Part shown: piece after piece, positions 1 through 9,625 of the stretch | Position numbering within the stretch: position 1 is the stretch's first letter | How the letters are laid out: each line of letters starts with the position of its first letter | Source: an uncultured Chloroflexia bacterium | GTDB taxonomy: Bacteria > Chloroflexota > Limnocylindria > Limnocylindrales > CSP1-4 | NCBI GenBank assembly: GCA_963828165.1 | Contig: CAWHDR010000001.1 | Coordinates: forward strand, 1-64,000 | Direction of reading: 5' to 3' | DNA length: 64,000 nucleotides | The notes under the pieces: generated by a model | Seen by the model: only the letters and a program-made list of their open reading frames with translations | What the model was told of the DNA's origin: nothing | The model's database searches: none | Made by a program: the position numbers and the translations under genes

Positions 1-831
1 ACCCTTCATGTGGTCGTAGCCGTCGTAAATAGCCTCCGAGGTCGGGTCGCCTCCGGCGGGGTGGGGTGCTGCGAAAACCGGCTCGGTGATGACCATGTAG
101 TTCGGATCCGGCGGGTCCGCTGCAAGAGCCTTCATGCTCTTAGATGCCGCGCCGGCTGCGTTGGCAATGCCGAGGATCACGTTCCATCCGAACTGAGCGT
201 CGATCACCTGGATGGCCGCCAAGCCAACCCCAAACCAGGCAAATCCCCAAGAAGAGGGACTAGGCGAAATGAGGTTGAGCACGACGCGCATGACGCACAC
301 CCCTGCGACGGTGTACAACCCGCCCCGGGAGAGTCCTTCGATGACCATGTTGTTCTGTGCGATGGTCCCAGCTCGGAATTTGAAGCTCGCCATGGCGCTG
401 TCGCAGATGGTGGTGTCAATGCTGCCGCAGAGGGGTTCATTGGTTACGGTGAACTCGATACTGGAGATTGAGATCGGTTTCTGGGGCTCATATCCGTACA
501 ATCTGTAGCGCCCCGAGCCGAGGAGCCCAGGCTTAATGAGCGGGATGGGTTCGCCAGTGCCTTGGAACGGCCCAATTCCGACGCCGGGGGTGCTGCAACC
601 AACTACATCAGCGGGACCTGCGCACACAAATCCGCCGTTGCGGTCGGCACCCACGATCGCGTAGATCGGCTCATCTCGCTTGAAGGAGACCTCGGGAACC
701 TCTGAGTTTGCGGGGGTCAGTGACACGATATTGGCCGCTACCGGCGGGGCCGCCACGTGACTGAAGGACGTCGCAACCATGAAGGCGGCCATGAGGGCCA
801 CGCCGAATCGACGCATACAACCACGAGACAT
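1..831 (-). CDS. Secreted/exported hypothetical protein, 5' part (runs off left edge; absent from ORF track)
   Basis: ATG at 831 with GGAGG upstream; my translation MSRGCMRRFGVALMAAFMVATSFSHVAAPPVAA... is signal-peptide-like; frame appears open to position 1. Confidence 0.7.
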   Translation of the reverse strand, partial: MSRGCMRRFGVALMAAFMVATSFSHVAAPPVAANIVSLTPANSEVPEVSFKRDEPIYAIVGADRNGGFVCAGPADVVGCSTPGVGIGPFQGTGEPIPLIKPGLLGSGRYRLYGYEPQKPISISSIEFTVTNEPLCGSIDTTICDSAMASFKFRAGTIAQNNMVIEGLSRGGLYTVAGVCVMRVVLNLISPSPSSWGFAWFGVGLAAIQVIDAQFGWNVILGIANAAGAASKSMKALAADPPDPNYMVITEPVFAAPHPAGGDPTSEAIYDGYDHMKG

Positions 832-1058
832 CGCGCGCTCCCTCCACCCTAGGCGCGCGGCAGCCTCATCTGGGAGTCGCGCGGCCTATTCCCCCGGTGA
901 CGGTCATTCGGCTGCGCGCGTCCAGGACTGGGACGGAAAGGGCTCGCGGTCCGACGGCAGGGCGGGAGCATACACGCCAGGGTGTGGTGCAACGTCACCC
1001 CTTTTACGTAATCCTCTCCGGACCGCACTCCTCGCCGCACCCACTGTGCCTGCGCGCG

Positions 1059-1943
1059 TCAGGCTTTCTTCGCTGAGCTCGGACCCGTGCGACCTGGGGG
1101 CCGGTCCGCGTTGGGCTCGTAGCGGTCGAGTGCCGCGCTCCGCTTGTCGACCGCGCGCGGATCGATGGCTGCGAGCGATTCATCGAGGGGGGCAGCCGCC
1201 AGCCGGGCGGCCTGGCCAAGCTGCCGAACCTTCTCCGCCGCGACGGACCATGGCAGCGCGGCGAGCGATCCAGCCGTGGCCAGCCCCACCCGCGCCGCCC
1301 CCCGCCCGCGGGTCGAGGCGGCATATCGGGCGGCCCACAGCAGCAGCTCCGGGCCGTCATCGCTGCCCTCCCGTGTCGACAGGGCGCCGCAGATCAGGCC
1401 CCGCTCCGCCGGCCACGCCGTAGCCAGCCGCCAGTTGTCCGGACCGTCGATGAGATCCAGCGCCAGGCTGGCATAGGCGCCAGCCACGAGGGTGTCGATG
1501 CCCGCGGAGTCCGCGCTGCCCCCGGTGATCGCGAGGGACAGATGCACGTCGGATCCAAATCCGGCCGTGAGTGCCGCGTGCGTGTCCACGAACCGTGCAC
1601 GGCCGTCGACGTCCGTACCGATCCCCGTGGCCCCCGGCTCGTGGACCTCGATCCAGCCGCAACCGGCGTCAGCCAGGCCGAGGAGCAGCCCACGCACCTC
1701 CGCCGCATCCCGACCGCCGCTGAACGGGCCGTCGACGACCGCCTTGACCAGCCCATCGGTTCGCGCCGCGGTCATCTGCCACGCAACAACGGGATCCATG
1801 CGATCGCGTGCCCAGCCGGCATCGGTCAGCGGCTCGAGCCCGTGCTCGATTTGGAGCTCCAGGACGGCGTCGAGAAGCGCCTCCGGCGCGACATCGTCCG
1901 CGAGCGGCGGCCGTGGCAGCGGCCCGAGGAGCGTGGCAAACAT
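1059..1943 (-). CDS. Hypothetical protein, distant cobalamin-independent methionine synthase (MetE/UROD-like barrel) resemblance
   Basis: N-terminal ATLLGPLPRP, Q..HGL..LTDAG, VKAVVDGP, L.DAGC.WIEVHEP echo MetE-like motifs; Zn ligands not evident. Confidence 0.55.
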   Translation of the reverse strand: MFATLLGPLPRPPLADDVAPEALLDAVLELQIEHGLEPLTDAGWARDRMDPVVAWQMTAARTDGLVKAVVDGPFSGGRDAAEVRGLLLGLADAGCGWIEVHEPGATGIGTDVDGRARFVDTHAALTAGFGSDVHLSLAITGGSADSAGIDTLVAGAYASLALDLIDGPDNWRLATAWPAERGLICGALSTREGSDDGPELLLWAARYAASTRGRGAARVGLATAGSLAALPWSVAAEKVRQLGQAARLAAAPLDESLAAIDPRAVDKRSAALDRYEPNADRPPGRTGPSSAKKA

Positions 1944-1967
1944 CCGGGGTCAGGTCGCCCAGCCGGG

Positions 1968-3155
1968 TCAGGTCGTCCAGCGGGCGGTGCCGATCAGCAA
2001 GCCCGCGACCACCACGATCACCACGACCCCGAACGCGATGACCGTGGCAAAGATCGGCACGGTGGCCAGGTGGGCCGTCCTCGCCTCCCCGTTCCGCTGC
2101 CAGAGCGAGGCAAGGGTCTGGACCTTCGTGGGCGGGATCAGTGCGCCCAGCCACAGCCCGGCGACGAGTCCCCCGATGTGCGCGGCGTTGTCGATGCCCT
2201 GGACGGCGAATCCGAAGAGCAGGTTGATGGCGATCAGCATCCCCAGCTGCCCCACCAGGGCGCGACTCTGCTTGTCGACCGGATGGTGAACACGGCCCGC
2301 AGCCAACAGCAGCCCGAACAGACCGAACACCGCGCCCGACGCCCCGACGGACGCTCCGGCACCACCCAGGACGAAGCTCCCGATCGAGCCCGCCGCCGCG
2401 CACACGAGGTAGAAGACCAGCATGTTCAGCGACCCGTACCAGCGCTCCACGATGCGACCCGACAGGTAGAGGGCGTACATGTTGAAGGCGAGGTGGATCA
2501 CGCTGCCGTGTAGGAGCGTCACGGTCCACAAGCGCCAGTACTCGCCCGCGGCGACGGCCCCCTTGTCGAGCGCGAGGGCATCGAACAGGAATTGACCCTC
2601 GACAGACAGAAGCGCGGACAGGGACACGATGACCGAGGCCGCGATCAGGATCGTCGTGACCGAGATGAGCGGGGCATCGCCGCGGCCCTTGGCGAAGTAC
2701 TTTCGCGCGGCCTTCGGATCGCCCGACTCCTTGATGAGCCAGCCGAGCCTCGTGGCGATCTCCTGCTTGTCGTCCCAGGGAGCGCGGTAGTCGGCCTGGC
2801 GGTAGGCCTCGATGGCGCCGGCAAGGTCGCCGTTGCGGACCCGTGCCGCGGCGATGTTCCGCCACGCCGGATAGGTCGACGGCGTCTCACCGACCTTGAC
2901 GCCGGCCTCCCAGGAGGCGAGCGCCGCGTCGTCGTCACCGAGCCGGTAGCGGGCCTCGCCGAGGCCCAGGAGGGCGGCGGCGGTGATGGGCGCATCGTCG
3001 AACCCGATGACCCGGCCGTAGCGGACGGCCGCATCGGCGAAGTCGGCCGATGCCAGCGCGGAGTGAGCCGAGGCAAGGAGGGCGGTCGCCTCCTCGCGCG
3101 ACAGCCGCCCGGACCGTGACGGGTCGGGGCCCTCGGGTGGCTGGGGGTCGTCCAT
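1968..3155 (-). CDS. Rhomboid intramembrane serine protease with N-terminal TPR-like repeats
   Basis: WR motif, LLHGSVIHLAFN, catalytic GASG and AHIGG; helical repeat N-terminus; start moved to MDDPQ at 3155. Confidence 0.9.
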   Translation of the reverse strand: MDDPQPPEGPDPSRSGRLSREEATALLASAHSALASADFADAAVRYGRVIGFDDAPITAAALLGLGEARYRLGDDDAALASWEAGVKVGETPSTYPAWRNIAAARVRNGDLAGAIEAYRQADYRAPWDDKQEIATRLGWLIKESGDPKAARKYFAKGRGDAPLISVTTILIAASVIVSLSALLSVEGQFLFDALALDKGAVAAGEYWRLWTVTLLHGSVIHLAFNMYALYLSGRIVERWYGSLNMLVFYLVCAAAGSIGSFVLGGAGASVGASGAVFGLFGLLLAAGRVHHPVDKQSRALVGQLGMLIAINLLFGFAVQGIDNAAHIGGLVAGLWLGALIPPTKVQTLASLWQRNGEARTAHLATVPIFATVIAFGVVVIVVVAGLLIGTARWTT

Positions 3156-3182
3156 CGAGCCGACGATACTAGACTTGCCCCC

Positions 3183-3893
3183 ATGTGCGGACGGTTCACG
3201 CAGGAACGCCCGGCGTCGGAGCTGGCCGAGATCTTCGCCGCCGAGCCGATCGTGGACGATCCGGGTCCGCGCTACAACGTCGCCCCGACCGACGAGGTCC
3301 TCGTCGTCGTCCAGCGCGAGGAGCGACGCGCGATCACGGCCTACCGCTGGGGCCTCGTGCCGCATTGGTCGGCCGACCTCAAGACCGGATCGCGCATGTT
3401 CAACGCCCGGGCGGAGACGCTGACCACGAGCCCGGCCTTCCGGGATGCCTTCAAGCGACGTCGCTGCCTCGTGCCCGCAGAGTCCTTCTACGAGTGGAAG
3501 CGCGAAGGGAGCATCCGCCAGCCGTACCGGGTCGTGCGCGCAGACGGTCGACCGCTGGTCCTCGCCGGGCTTTGGGCGGGCTGGAAGGATCCGTCGACCG
3601 AACAGGTCCGGCGCACCTTCACGATCGTCACCACGTCCCCGAACGAGGCGATGGCCGGCCTCCACGACCGCATGCCCGTGGTCGTCCCGGACGACGCCTG
3701 GGAGCGCTGGCTGCATCCCACGGCCACCGAGCCCGGCGAGCTGCTCGCCATGCTCCAGCCGACCGATGAGATCGCCCTCCGGATCTACGCGGTCAACCGC
3801 GATGTCAACGACGTGCGGCGGGACGGGCCGGAGCTGATCGAGCCGCTGGCCGCCGTGGCTGCAGGCCCCGTCGAGGGGACCCTGGGCATCTAG
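3183..3893 (+). CDS. SOS response-associated peptidase (SRAP/YedK/HMCES family, abasic-site protection)
   Basis: N-terminal MCGRF, RYNVAP, WGLVPHW, FNARAET, FYEW, HDRMPV. Confidence 0.95.
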   Translation: MCGRFTQERPASELAEIFAAEPIVDDPGPRYNVAPTDEVLVVVQREERRAITAYRWGLVPHWSADLKTGSRMFNARAETLTTSPAFRDAFKRRRCLVPAESFYEWKREGSIRQPYRVVRADGRPLVLAGLWAGWKDPSTEQVRRTFTIVTTSPNEAMAGLHDRMPVVVPDDAWERWLHPTATEPGELLAMLQPTDEIALRIYAVNRDVNDVRRDGPELIEPLAAVAAGPVEGTLGI

Positions 3894-4537
3894 GTCGTCG
3901 CGGCGGCGGTCAAATCGCGGTAGGCCTCAGCGGCGTCGTCGCCGCGCGACAGGGCAGCGGCGTACCGGCCGATGCGCGCCCCGACTCCTTCGGCGTCGTC
4001 CGCTGCTGCCGCGACGACGAGAGCATCAGCGGGCATGCCGTCGGGCACGTCGCCCTCGGGCTCGAGGACCACGACGAGGCGGGCGCTCGCCCAGCCAGCA
4101 GCCGCGACCGCTTCCGCGAGCAGCTCAGAGGGGGGATGCACGGCGACGAGTACCTCGAAGTCGGTCAGATACCGCAGCGCAAGTGACACATCGGCGGCGT
4201 CGAGGGTCGGGCGCAGGTCGGGCGGTGGGAGGACTTCGGCGGCCCCGTCCGCGGCCGTCTCGGTTACCTCGTCCGTGGCTGGGTCGGTGGGCTCGTCCGG
4301 TCGTGATCGGACCGGCGTGAACCGCGACGGGTCGCGCAGGGTGGCCACGTGACCGACACCGGCAGCCGCGAGCGCAAGCAGGACGGCGTCACCGGCGGGG
4401 TCGTCGCCGGCCTTGGAGATCAACTCGACTCGGGCGCCGGCCGCCGCAGCCGCGACGGCGATCGCGGGCGCGAGCCCATCCGGCTTGGGTTCCTCATCGG
4501 ACCCACGCAGCCCAAGACTCCCGATGACGACGATCAC
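3890..4537 (-). CDS. PfkB/ribokinase-like N-terminal region protein (degenerate)
   Basis: MIVVIGS start and 'AxAGARVELISKAGDDPAGD' match the PfkB N-terminal signature; C-terminal GAGD motif absent. Confidence 0.55.
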   Translation of the reverse strand: MIVVIGSLGLRGSDEEPKPDGLAPAIAVAAAAAGARVELISKAGDDPAGDAVLLALAAAGVGHVATLRDPSRFTPVRSRPDEPTDPATDEVTETAADGAAEVLPPPDLRPTLDAADVSLALRYLTDFEVLVAVHPPSELLAEAVAAAGWASARLVVVLEPEGDVPDGMPADALVVAAAADDAEGVGARIGRYAAALSRGDDAAEAYRDLTAAATT

Positions 4538-4561
4538 CCGCGCAGCGTACCGCGCGTTACG

Positions 4562-4798
4562 TCACCCCTGTGGCCGCAGCGCCTGGCGGGTGGAAACGGC
4601 GCGCGAGCGACCAGCGTGCGCAGGCGTGGCGGGTCGGTTCCAGATTCGGTGGAGCGGATCGATCCCGAAGAACGCACTCACGCAGGCGGCGATCGGCAAC
4701 CCGATGACTGACGGCACGCCAGTGATCAGGCTCAAGTACTCGAACCCCGCGCTAACGGCAAGGAACCACATGACCGCGGAGGCGACGCGCTTGACCAT
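4562..4798 (-). CDS. Small membrane protein (2 predicted TM)
   Basis: 78 aa, two hydrophobic stretches, fills the gap between neighbours. Confidence 0.5.
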   Translation of the reverse strand: MVKRVASAVMWFLAVSAGFEYLSLITGVPSVIGLPIAACVSAFFGIDPLHRIWNRPATPAHAGRSRAVSTRQALRPQG

Positions 4799-4887
4799 AT
4801 GGCCATGCTGCGACCTGAACCGAGATCAGACCATAAGGCGCTGGTACCTGTCGCCGTTGCCGTTAGTACGCGGCTCGGGCAGCTCGA

Positions 4888-6360
4888 TCATTCCACGAGG
4901 CCGGTCCCCTTGACGTGGAAGAGGTCCCCTGGGGCGTAGTTGATGTCGAACGAAGCCCCAGAGCCGTTGACCTGGAAGTTATAGACGATGACTTGCGCGG
5001 CCAACGTATCGGTGTCACTTCCGTTGAACTTCATCGAGCCACTGGGCGCATAGAGCGTTCCCGTGACGGCGATGTTCGAATCCGCGCCGTCCAGGTCGAT
5101 ATCGAAGCCGGTAGCGACCGCGGCGACACGGTCGACGAAGATGACCATGCCCTTGTAGTCGCCCGATTGCATCGGAAGCAGCGCCAGCGTCGGCGTACCA
5201 CCCCCGCCGCCGTTGATCTTGATGGGACCGTAGCAACCCGCACCCGTGCACCCGGAGACCGGAAGTGGATCCACGGTGTTGTAGATCAAGACTCCACCGG
5301 ATGGGACCGCGCCGGTGTTGTCGCCGGGCGCCTTGCTGACGACCATGCCGTTGGACTGGATGTGAAGGCCGCTTCCCCCAAGCCAGTAGATACCTGGGTC
5401 CAGGTACAGGATCGACTTGCTTGTGGAGATGCCGCCCGGATAGTTCCCGGGGAACAATCGATACGACTTTCCTGTGTGGGGGCCGCCTGAGAACGCACAG
5501 GTCGCAGGCGCCGCATCGGTCGCCGGGGTCGCGGATCCTGGGCAACCGTTGGGAATGGGGCCTGGCGTTGGGTCGAGGGGCTGGACCGCGGCGGGCGCTC
5601 CCGGCTGAGGGGGTGGCGGGAGATTCCGCAAGGGGTCCCCCGATACCAGGACGCCCGATGGCGATGTCGTGCAGTCGTTGTCTGCTCCGCCTTGCTCCGT
5701 GATGAGTCCTACGACGTCGCACTGAGGCGCGGTCAACACGCCATTGCCGCTCAACTGGAGCGCGCCCGGGGCAACGGCGCAATCCGAGTCGATGTGGACT
5801 GTTCCGTTCGTAACGACGGCCGTTCCGGGCGAGCCCGTGATCTTATTCGTTCCACAGCCATGAGGATCGAGGGCCAGCAGTGAGTACGGCAGTGCAAGGT
5901 CGGTGTTGTTCGTCGCGACGCCCATCGCGCCCGTCCGCTGTTGCGTAACTCCCATGACCCCCTGGAAGATCGACGGCCTGGTCGCGCCGATCTGCACTTC
6001 GATGTGATTCGCTAGACCCGCCTTCGTCGAAGGGGCGATCGGAGGCATATCGACTCGAACCGTTCGGCTGGCCACTCCGTCGACGTATCCATTCGCAGCC
6101 GCCACTTCGCATGCTGCGAGGACGGGCTGGATCGCGGGGGCGCCGGCGCAGCCGCCGTGATAGACAGCCGTCGTGGGGAAGTACCGAGCGCCGGCGAGGG
6201 CCGCGGCGTCTGCTGCATTCTGCTCAGCGCGGCGGTCGAGCAGGTTCTGGCCGACGTCGAAGACGAGCGCGGCAATGAGGCAGATCATCAAGAAGCCGCC
6301 CGCGAAGATGACGAGAATCTGGCCTCGTTCGGCGGGCCGCCGGTCAGTTGTTGATAACAA
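4888..6360 (-). CDS. TadG-like Flp/Tad pilus assembly protein (minor pilin with large C-terminal beta domain)
   Basis: ERGQILVIF prepilin-type site, DVG...RRAEQNAADAAALAGA motif. Confidence 0.85.
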   Translation of the reverse strand: MLSTTDRRPAERGQILVIFAGGFLMICLIAALVFDVGQNLLDRRAEQNAADAAALAGARYFPTTAVYHGGCAGAPAIQPVLAACEVAAANGYVDGVASRTVRVDMPPIAPSTKAGLANHIEVQIGATRPSIFQGVMGVTQQRTGAMGVATNNTDLALPYSLLALDPHGCGTNKITGSPGTAVVTNGTVHIDSDCAVAPGALQLSGNGVLTAPQCDVVGLITEQGGADNDCTTSPSGVLVSGDPLRNLPPPPQPGAPAAVQPLDPTPGPIPNGCPGSATPATDAAPATCAFSGGPHTGKSYRLFPGNYPGGISTSKSILYLDPGIYWLGGSGLHIQSNGMVVSKAPGDNTGAVPSGGVLIYNTVDPLPVSGCTGAGCYGPIKINGGGGGTPTLALLPMQSGDYKGMVIFVDRVAAVATGFDIDLDGADSNIAVTGTLYAPSGSMKFNGSDTDTLAAQVIVYNFQVNGSGASFDINYAPGDLFHVKGTGLVE

Positions 6361-6817
6361 GGGTCGACTCTCCTGTGATGAGGATCGGTGGGATCGGGAC
6401 GATCGGGATGATCGAATCGAAGTCGTATTGCACGGTCACTCGGACCTTCTGACCACGTCCGTTATGGGCGTTCCAATCTGCGGAGATCCGGAGGACTGCG
6501 TCGTTGCCGATCACGCCGACCGCGTGCCGGCGCACCACGGCCTTCACGTTTGCACCAGATGGATCCGAGTTCGTCGTACCAGGGGCGAAAGGCGATCCCG
6601 ACGCCGGGATCCCGAGGCTGCCGTGCACGATGGCGTAGCGGGCGCCCTCACGAGCCGCGTTGTTAAGGATCTGCACGTAATACACGTACCGCCCGAAGTC
6701 GATGATGGAGAACAGGATCAAGAAGAAGATCGGCGCAACCAACGCGAACTCCGCAAGCGCCTGCCCACGCGAGCGCGCCCTGGCGCTGCGAACCGGGGAC
6801 CGCCGGTGTCGGATCAT
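6344..6817 (-). CDS. TadE-like pseudopilin
   Basis: RGQALAEFALVAP...DFG...NAAREGARYA; start ATG at 6817 overlaps upstream stop. Confidence 0.9.
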   Translation of the reverse strand: MIRHRRSPVRSARARSRGQALAEFALVAPIFFLILFSIIDFGRYVYYVQILNNAAREGARYAIVHGSLGIPASGSPFAPGTTNSDPSGANVKAVVRRHAVGVIGNDAVLRISADWNAHNGRGQKVRVTVQYDFDSIIPIVPIPPILITGESTLVINN

Positions 6818-7377
6818 GGATTGATGACCAGGTCCTGCATCCGGAACCTGCTTTCCCGCACCAGGCTGATGCTCTCCGGCAATGGTGGAAATGCCAGGAA
6901 CATCCGGAATTCGTAGTCCAAACGAACGTGGACGACACACGGCGGCTCGGTGAGCTGGGTCGAACAATCCGTCGTGCCGACGATCCCGTCCGAGGTGGCG
7001 CAGTCCTCGGACGATGTGCCCCACTCAAGGGTGCAGGTGAATGCCGGGTTCGTGCAGCTCGAGCCATCCGCCGCTCCGACGTAGCCCTCGAGGTGACTGC
7101 CCTGCGCAGCGACACACGCACGCCGCAGCATCTCTGTCGTGGTCACCGGGACGTTGACGGTGGTCCATTGATCGGACTTGAACGCACCGTAGTCCGCCGC
7201 CTCACGGGCGGCCGATTCGACCGCGACCGCGCTCACGTACATCCGCCCGAAGTCCGCGATCGCAATCACCATCAGCAGCATCAGGGGTACGACCAGTGAG
7301 AACTCCACCATCGACTGGCCGCGTCGGAGTCCTCTGGAGGGGCGGCGGTGTCGCGTCAACTGCGCGCTCGACTTCAT
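6814..7377 (-). CDS. TadE-like pseudopilin
   Basis: RGQSMVEFSLVVP...DFG...SAAREAADYG. Confidence 0.9.
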   Translation of the reverse strand: MKSSAQLTRHRRPSRGLRRGQSMVEFSLVVPLMLLMVIAIADFGRMYVSAVAVESAAREAADYGAFKSDQWTTVNVPVTTTEMLRRACVAAQGSHLEGYVGAADGSSCTNPAFTCTLEWGTSSEDCATSDGIVGTTDCSTQLTEPPCVVHVRLDYEFRMFLAFPPLPESISLVRESRFRMQDLVINP

Positions 7378-7539
7378 ACTTGGTCACCGTAGGACGTCCG
7401 GTACCAACCCCCCGTACGGAAGTACCACGACCGAGTGTCGCATCCTGCCCTTGCAGAACACCTTTCGTCCAGCGTGTCTGACGCTTGCGAAAGCGTTCCC
7501 GGTGCGTGACGTCACCGTGGGCGCGTCTCAAGTCGGAGG

Positions 7540-8270
7540 CTATCCGCCGCCGGAACCCGAACCTGACGAGTCGCTACCCGAACCAGACCCGGACGAATCC
7601 CCACCAGATCCCGGCCCTGACGAGTCCTCGGTCGGTCGCTCCGTCTCGTCGCCCGAGCCCAGGCCCGGACGAGTCGCTTCCCGAACCGATCCGAACCCGG
7701 TCCGGACGAATCGTCGGTCCCTTCCGGCGTTTCGGCCGGCTCGGGGGTCTCGGTCGGCTCTGCCGTCTCTGTCGGTGACGCCGATGGCGTGGCGCTCGGC
7801 GACGGACTGACGGATGGGGTAGGGCTCTGGCTCGGGACGACCGACGGACTCGGTGTCGGCACGGGAGCCGGTTGCACCGTTGGTACAGGGCCATCCGGCG
7901 ACAGGAGTGCACCAACGCCCACGGCCGCAAGCGACCCGAGCGATCCCAACGCCACCGCGGCTAGCAACACGAAGGCCAGGGCCTGCGCCCGGACCGCGAT
8001 GGGTCGGTCGGCGCTCCATACGAGACGCCACGCGTCCCGAACGACCGCGACGATCCCGAGCAGGCCGCGGGAGCCCATTGGTCGCGGCGGCGGTTCGTTG
8101 GCGATCGCCGCCATGACGCGGTCCTCGAAGTCCCCGCTCAGCGTCACCGAGTCGCTCCGCGCGTAGGTCTCCAGATCCCTCGCGACGGCGAGCAGCTCGG
8201 CCGCGGCGGCATTGTCGACCAGGTCATCGCCCAACTCGGAGGCATCGAACCGTCGACCGAAGTCACTCAT
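7540..8270 (-). CDS. Putative single-TM anti-sigma factor with Pro/Thr/Ser-rich tail (two apparent +1 frameshifts near 7660-7690)
   Basis: Coupled to the ECF sigma stop codon; 'DFEDRVMAAI' cytoplasmic motif, TM, PT repeats; the DSSGPGS tail continues in the frame ending at 7540. Confidence 0.7.
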
Positions 8271-9004
8271 CGGTCATCTCGCTCGATGCTGTTGCGCAGC
8301 CTGGCCAGACCGCGGTGGAGGTGCGTCTTGACGGTGCCGAGCGGCCGGTCGGTGACTCGGGAGATCTCGTCGAGCGTGGCGTCGCCGAAGAAGCGCAGGG
8401 TGACCACCTCGCGATAGGGCTCGGGGAGGGCGGTGACGGCCGCTCGGAGCTCGGTGGCGCGCTCCGCTCGCATCGAGAGCATCGCGGGATCCGTGAGCGG
8501 CGCCGACTCGATGGCGGCCTGATCGGTCGCTCGCGTGATCGGATCGATCGACGCGTCGCGGCCGGCAGGAGACCGGTCGCCGAGTGGGTCGCGCCAGGTC
8601 ACGGTCTTGCGCTTCTTGGCCTGGCGCAGGGCGATGCGTATCCCGATGCGCATGAGCCAGGCACCGAACGGACCCTCTCCACGCCAGCTCGCCAGCTGCC
8701 GATACGCGGTCACGAACGCCTCCTGGGCGGCGTCTTCGGCGTCCGATCGATCGCCGAGGATCCGATGACACGCCCGAACGAGCGCGCCCGACTCGCGCTC
8801 GACCAGGCGACGGAAGGCCTCGCGGTCTCCGGCCAGGACGGCGTCGACGATGGCGCGCTCGTCCCAGGCGGCCGTGGTCCGATCGAGCGATTGGGCTTCG
8901 ATGCCGTTCCTACTCCGTTCACGTGCGGGCCCGCCAGCGGGCGGTCGGGTCCGTCCCCATGCTGCCACGGGAGCGGCCCATCCCGCCGCCGGCCCATCGT
9001 CCAC
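8267..9004 (-). CDS. ECF (sigma-70 group 4) RNA polymerase sigma factor; start uncertain
   Basis: GDREAFRRLV, DAEDAAQEAF, FGAWL, LPEPYREVV, GTVKTHLHRG. Confidence 0.93.
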   Translation of the reverse strand: MDDGPAAGWAAPVAAWGRTRPPAGGPARERSRNGIEAQSLDRTTAAWDERAIVDAVLAGDREAFRRLVERESGALVRACHRILGDRSDAEDAAQEAFVTAYRQLASWRGEGPFGAWLMRIGIRIALRQAKKRKTVTWRDPLGDRSPAGRDASIDPITRATDQAAIESAPLTDPAMLSMRAERATELRAAVTALPEPYREVVTLRFFGDATLDEISRVTDRPLGTVKTHLHRGLARLRNSIERDDR

Positions 9005-9025
9005 CGATCGATTCGTGCTTGGCGA

Positions 9026-9574
9026 TCAGCCGCCGCCCGAACCGCTGTTGTCGTCGTCACCCCCACCGTGGCCGCTGTCGTCGTCATCACCGCCGCCGGG
9101 GCCGCTGTTGTCGTCGTCATCACCGCCGCCGGGGCCGCTGTTGTCGTCGTCATCACCGCCTGGGCCGCTGTTGTCGTCGTTTGCGTCGTTCGTGGGCTCG
9201 GCGGTTTCCCTCGGCCCCGCGGTCTGGGTCGGTTCGGCCGTCGGGTCTGACGTGGGCTCGGCCGTCTGGGTCGGCTCGGCGGTCGCGCGCGGTTCCGCGG
9301 TCTGGGTCGGGTCGGCCGTCGGGTCTGACGTGGGCCCGGTCGTCTGGGTCGGCTCCGCGGTCTCGGTGGGCTCGGCCGTCTGGGCTTCCGAGGTCGCCGT
9401 GGGCTCCACGGTGGCGGCCGGCTCGGCGGTCTCGGTCGCCCGCGGCTCGCCGATCGCCGGGTCCGCCGGGTCCGAGCTCGTGAGGCCATCGGCCGCGAAG
9501 ACCGCGCCAACGGCGAGGAAGAGGGTCGCGGTTCCGACGCCGAGACCGCGCATCAACTTGACATCTGTGCGCAT
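9026..9574 (-). CDS. Secreted low-complexity protein (TAEPT repeats, DDDDNSGPGGG repeats)
   Basis: Signal-like N-terminus, CAGGAG RBS, first gene of the ECF operon. Confidence 0.75.
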   Translation of the reverse strand: MRTDVKLMRGLGVGTATLFLAVGAVFAADGLTSSDPADPAIGEPRATETAEPAATVEPTATSEAQTAEPTETAEPTQTTGPTSDPTADPTQTAEPRATAEPTQTAEPTSDPTAEPTQTAGPRETAEPTNDANDDNSGPGGDDDDNSGPGGGDDDDNSGPGGGDDDDSGHGGGDDDNSGSGGG

Positions 9575-9625
9575 CGTGGTTCGTCTCCTGGGTGGCTGAC
9601 CCCTTGATCAGCTCCTACCAGTACG

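Noticed and set aside
7380-7510. c-di-GMP riboswitch upstream of the tad cassette
   Set aside because: No GEMM-like GGCAAA...GAAA...GCAAAG pattern; only short GTAC-containing palindromes
9040-9440. CRISPR-like periodic repeats
   Set aside because: In-frame coding repeats (DDDDNSGPGGG, TAEPT) without unique spacers; no cas genes in the window
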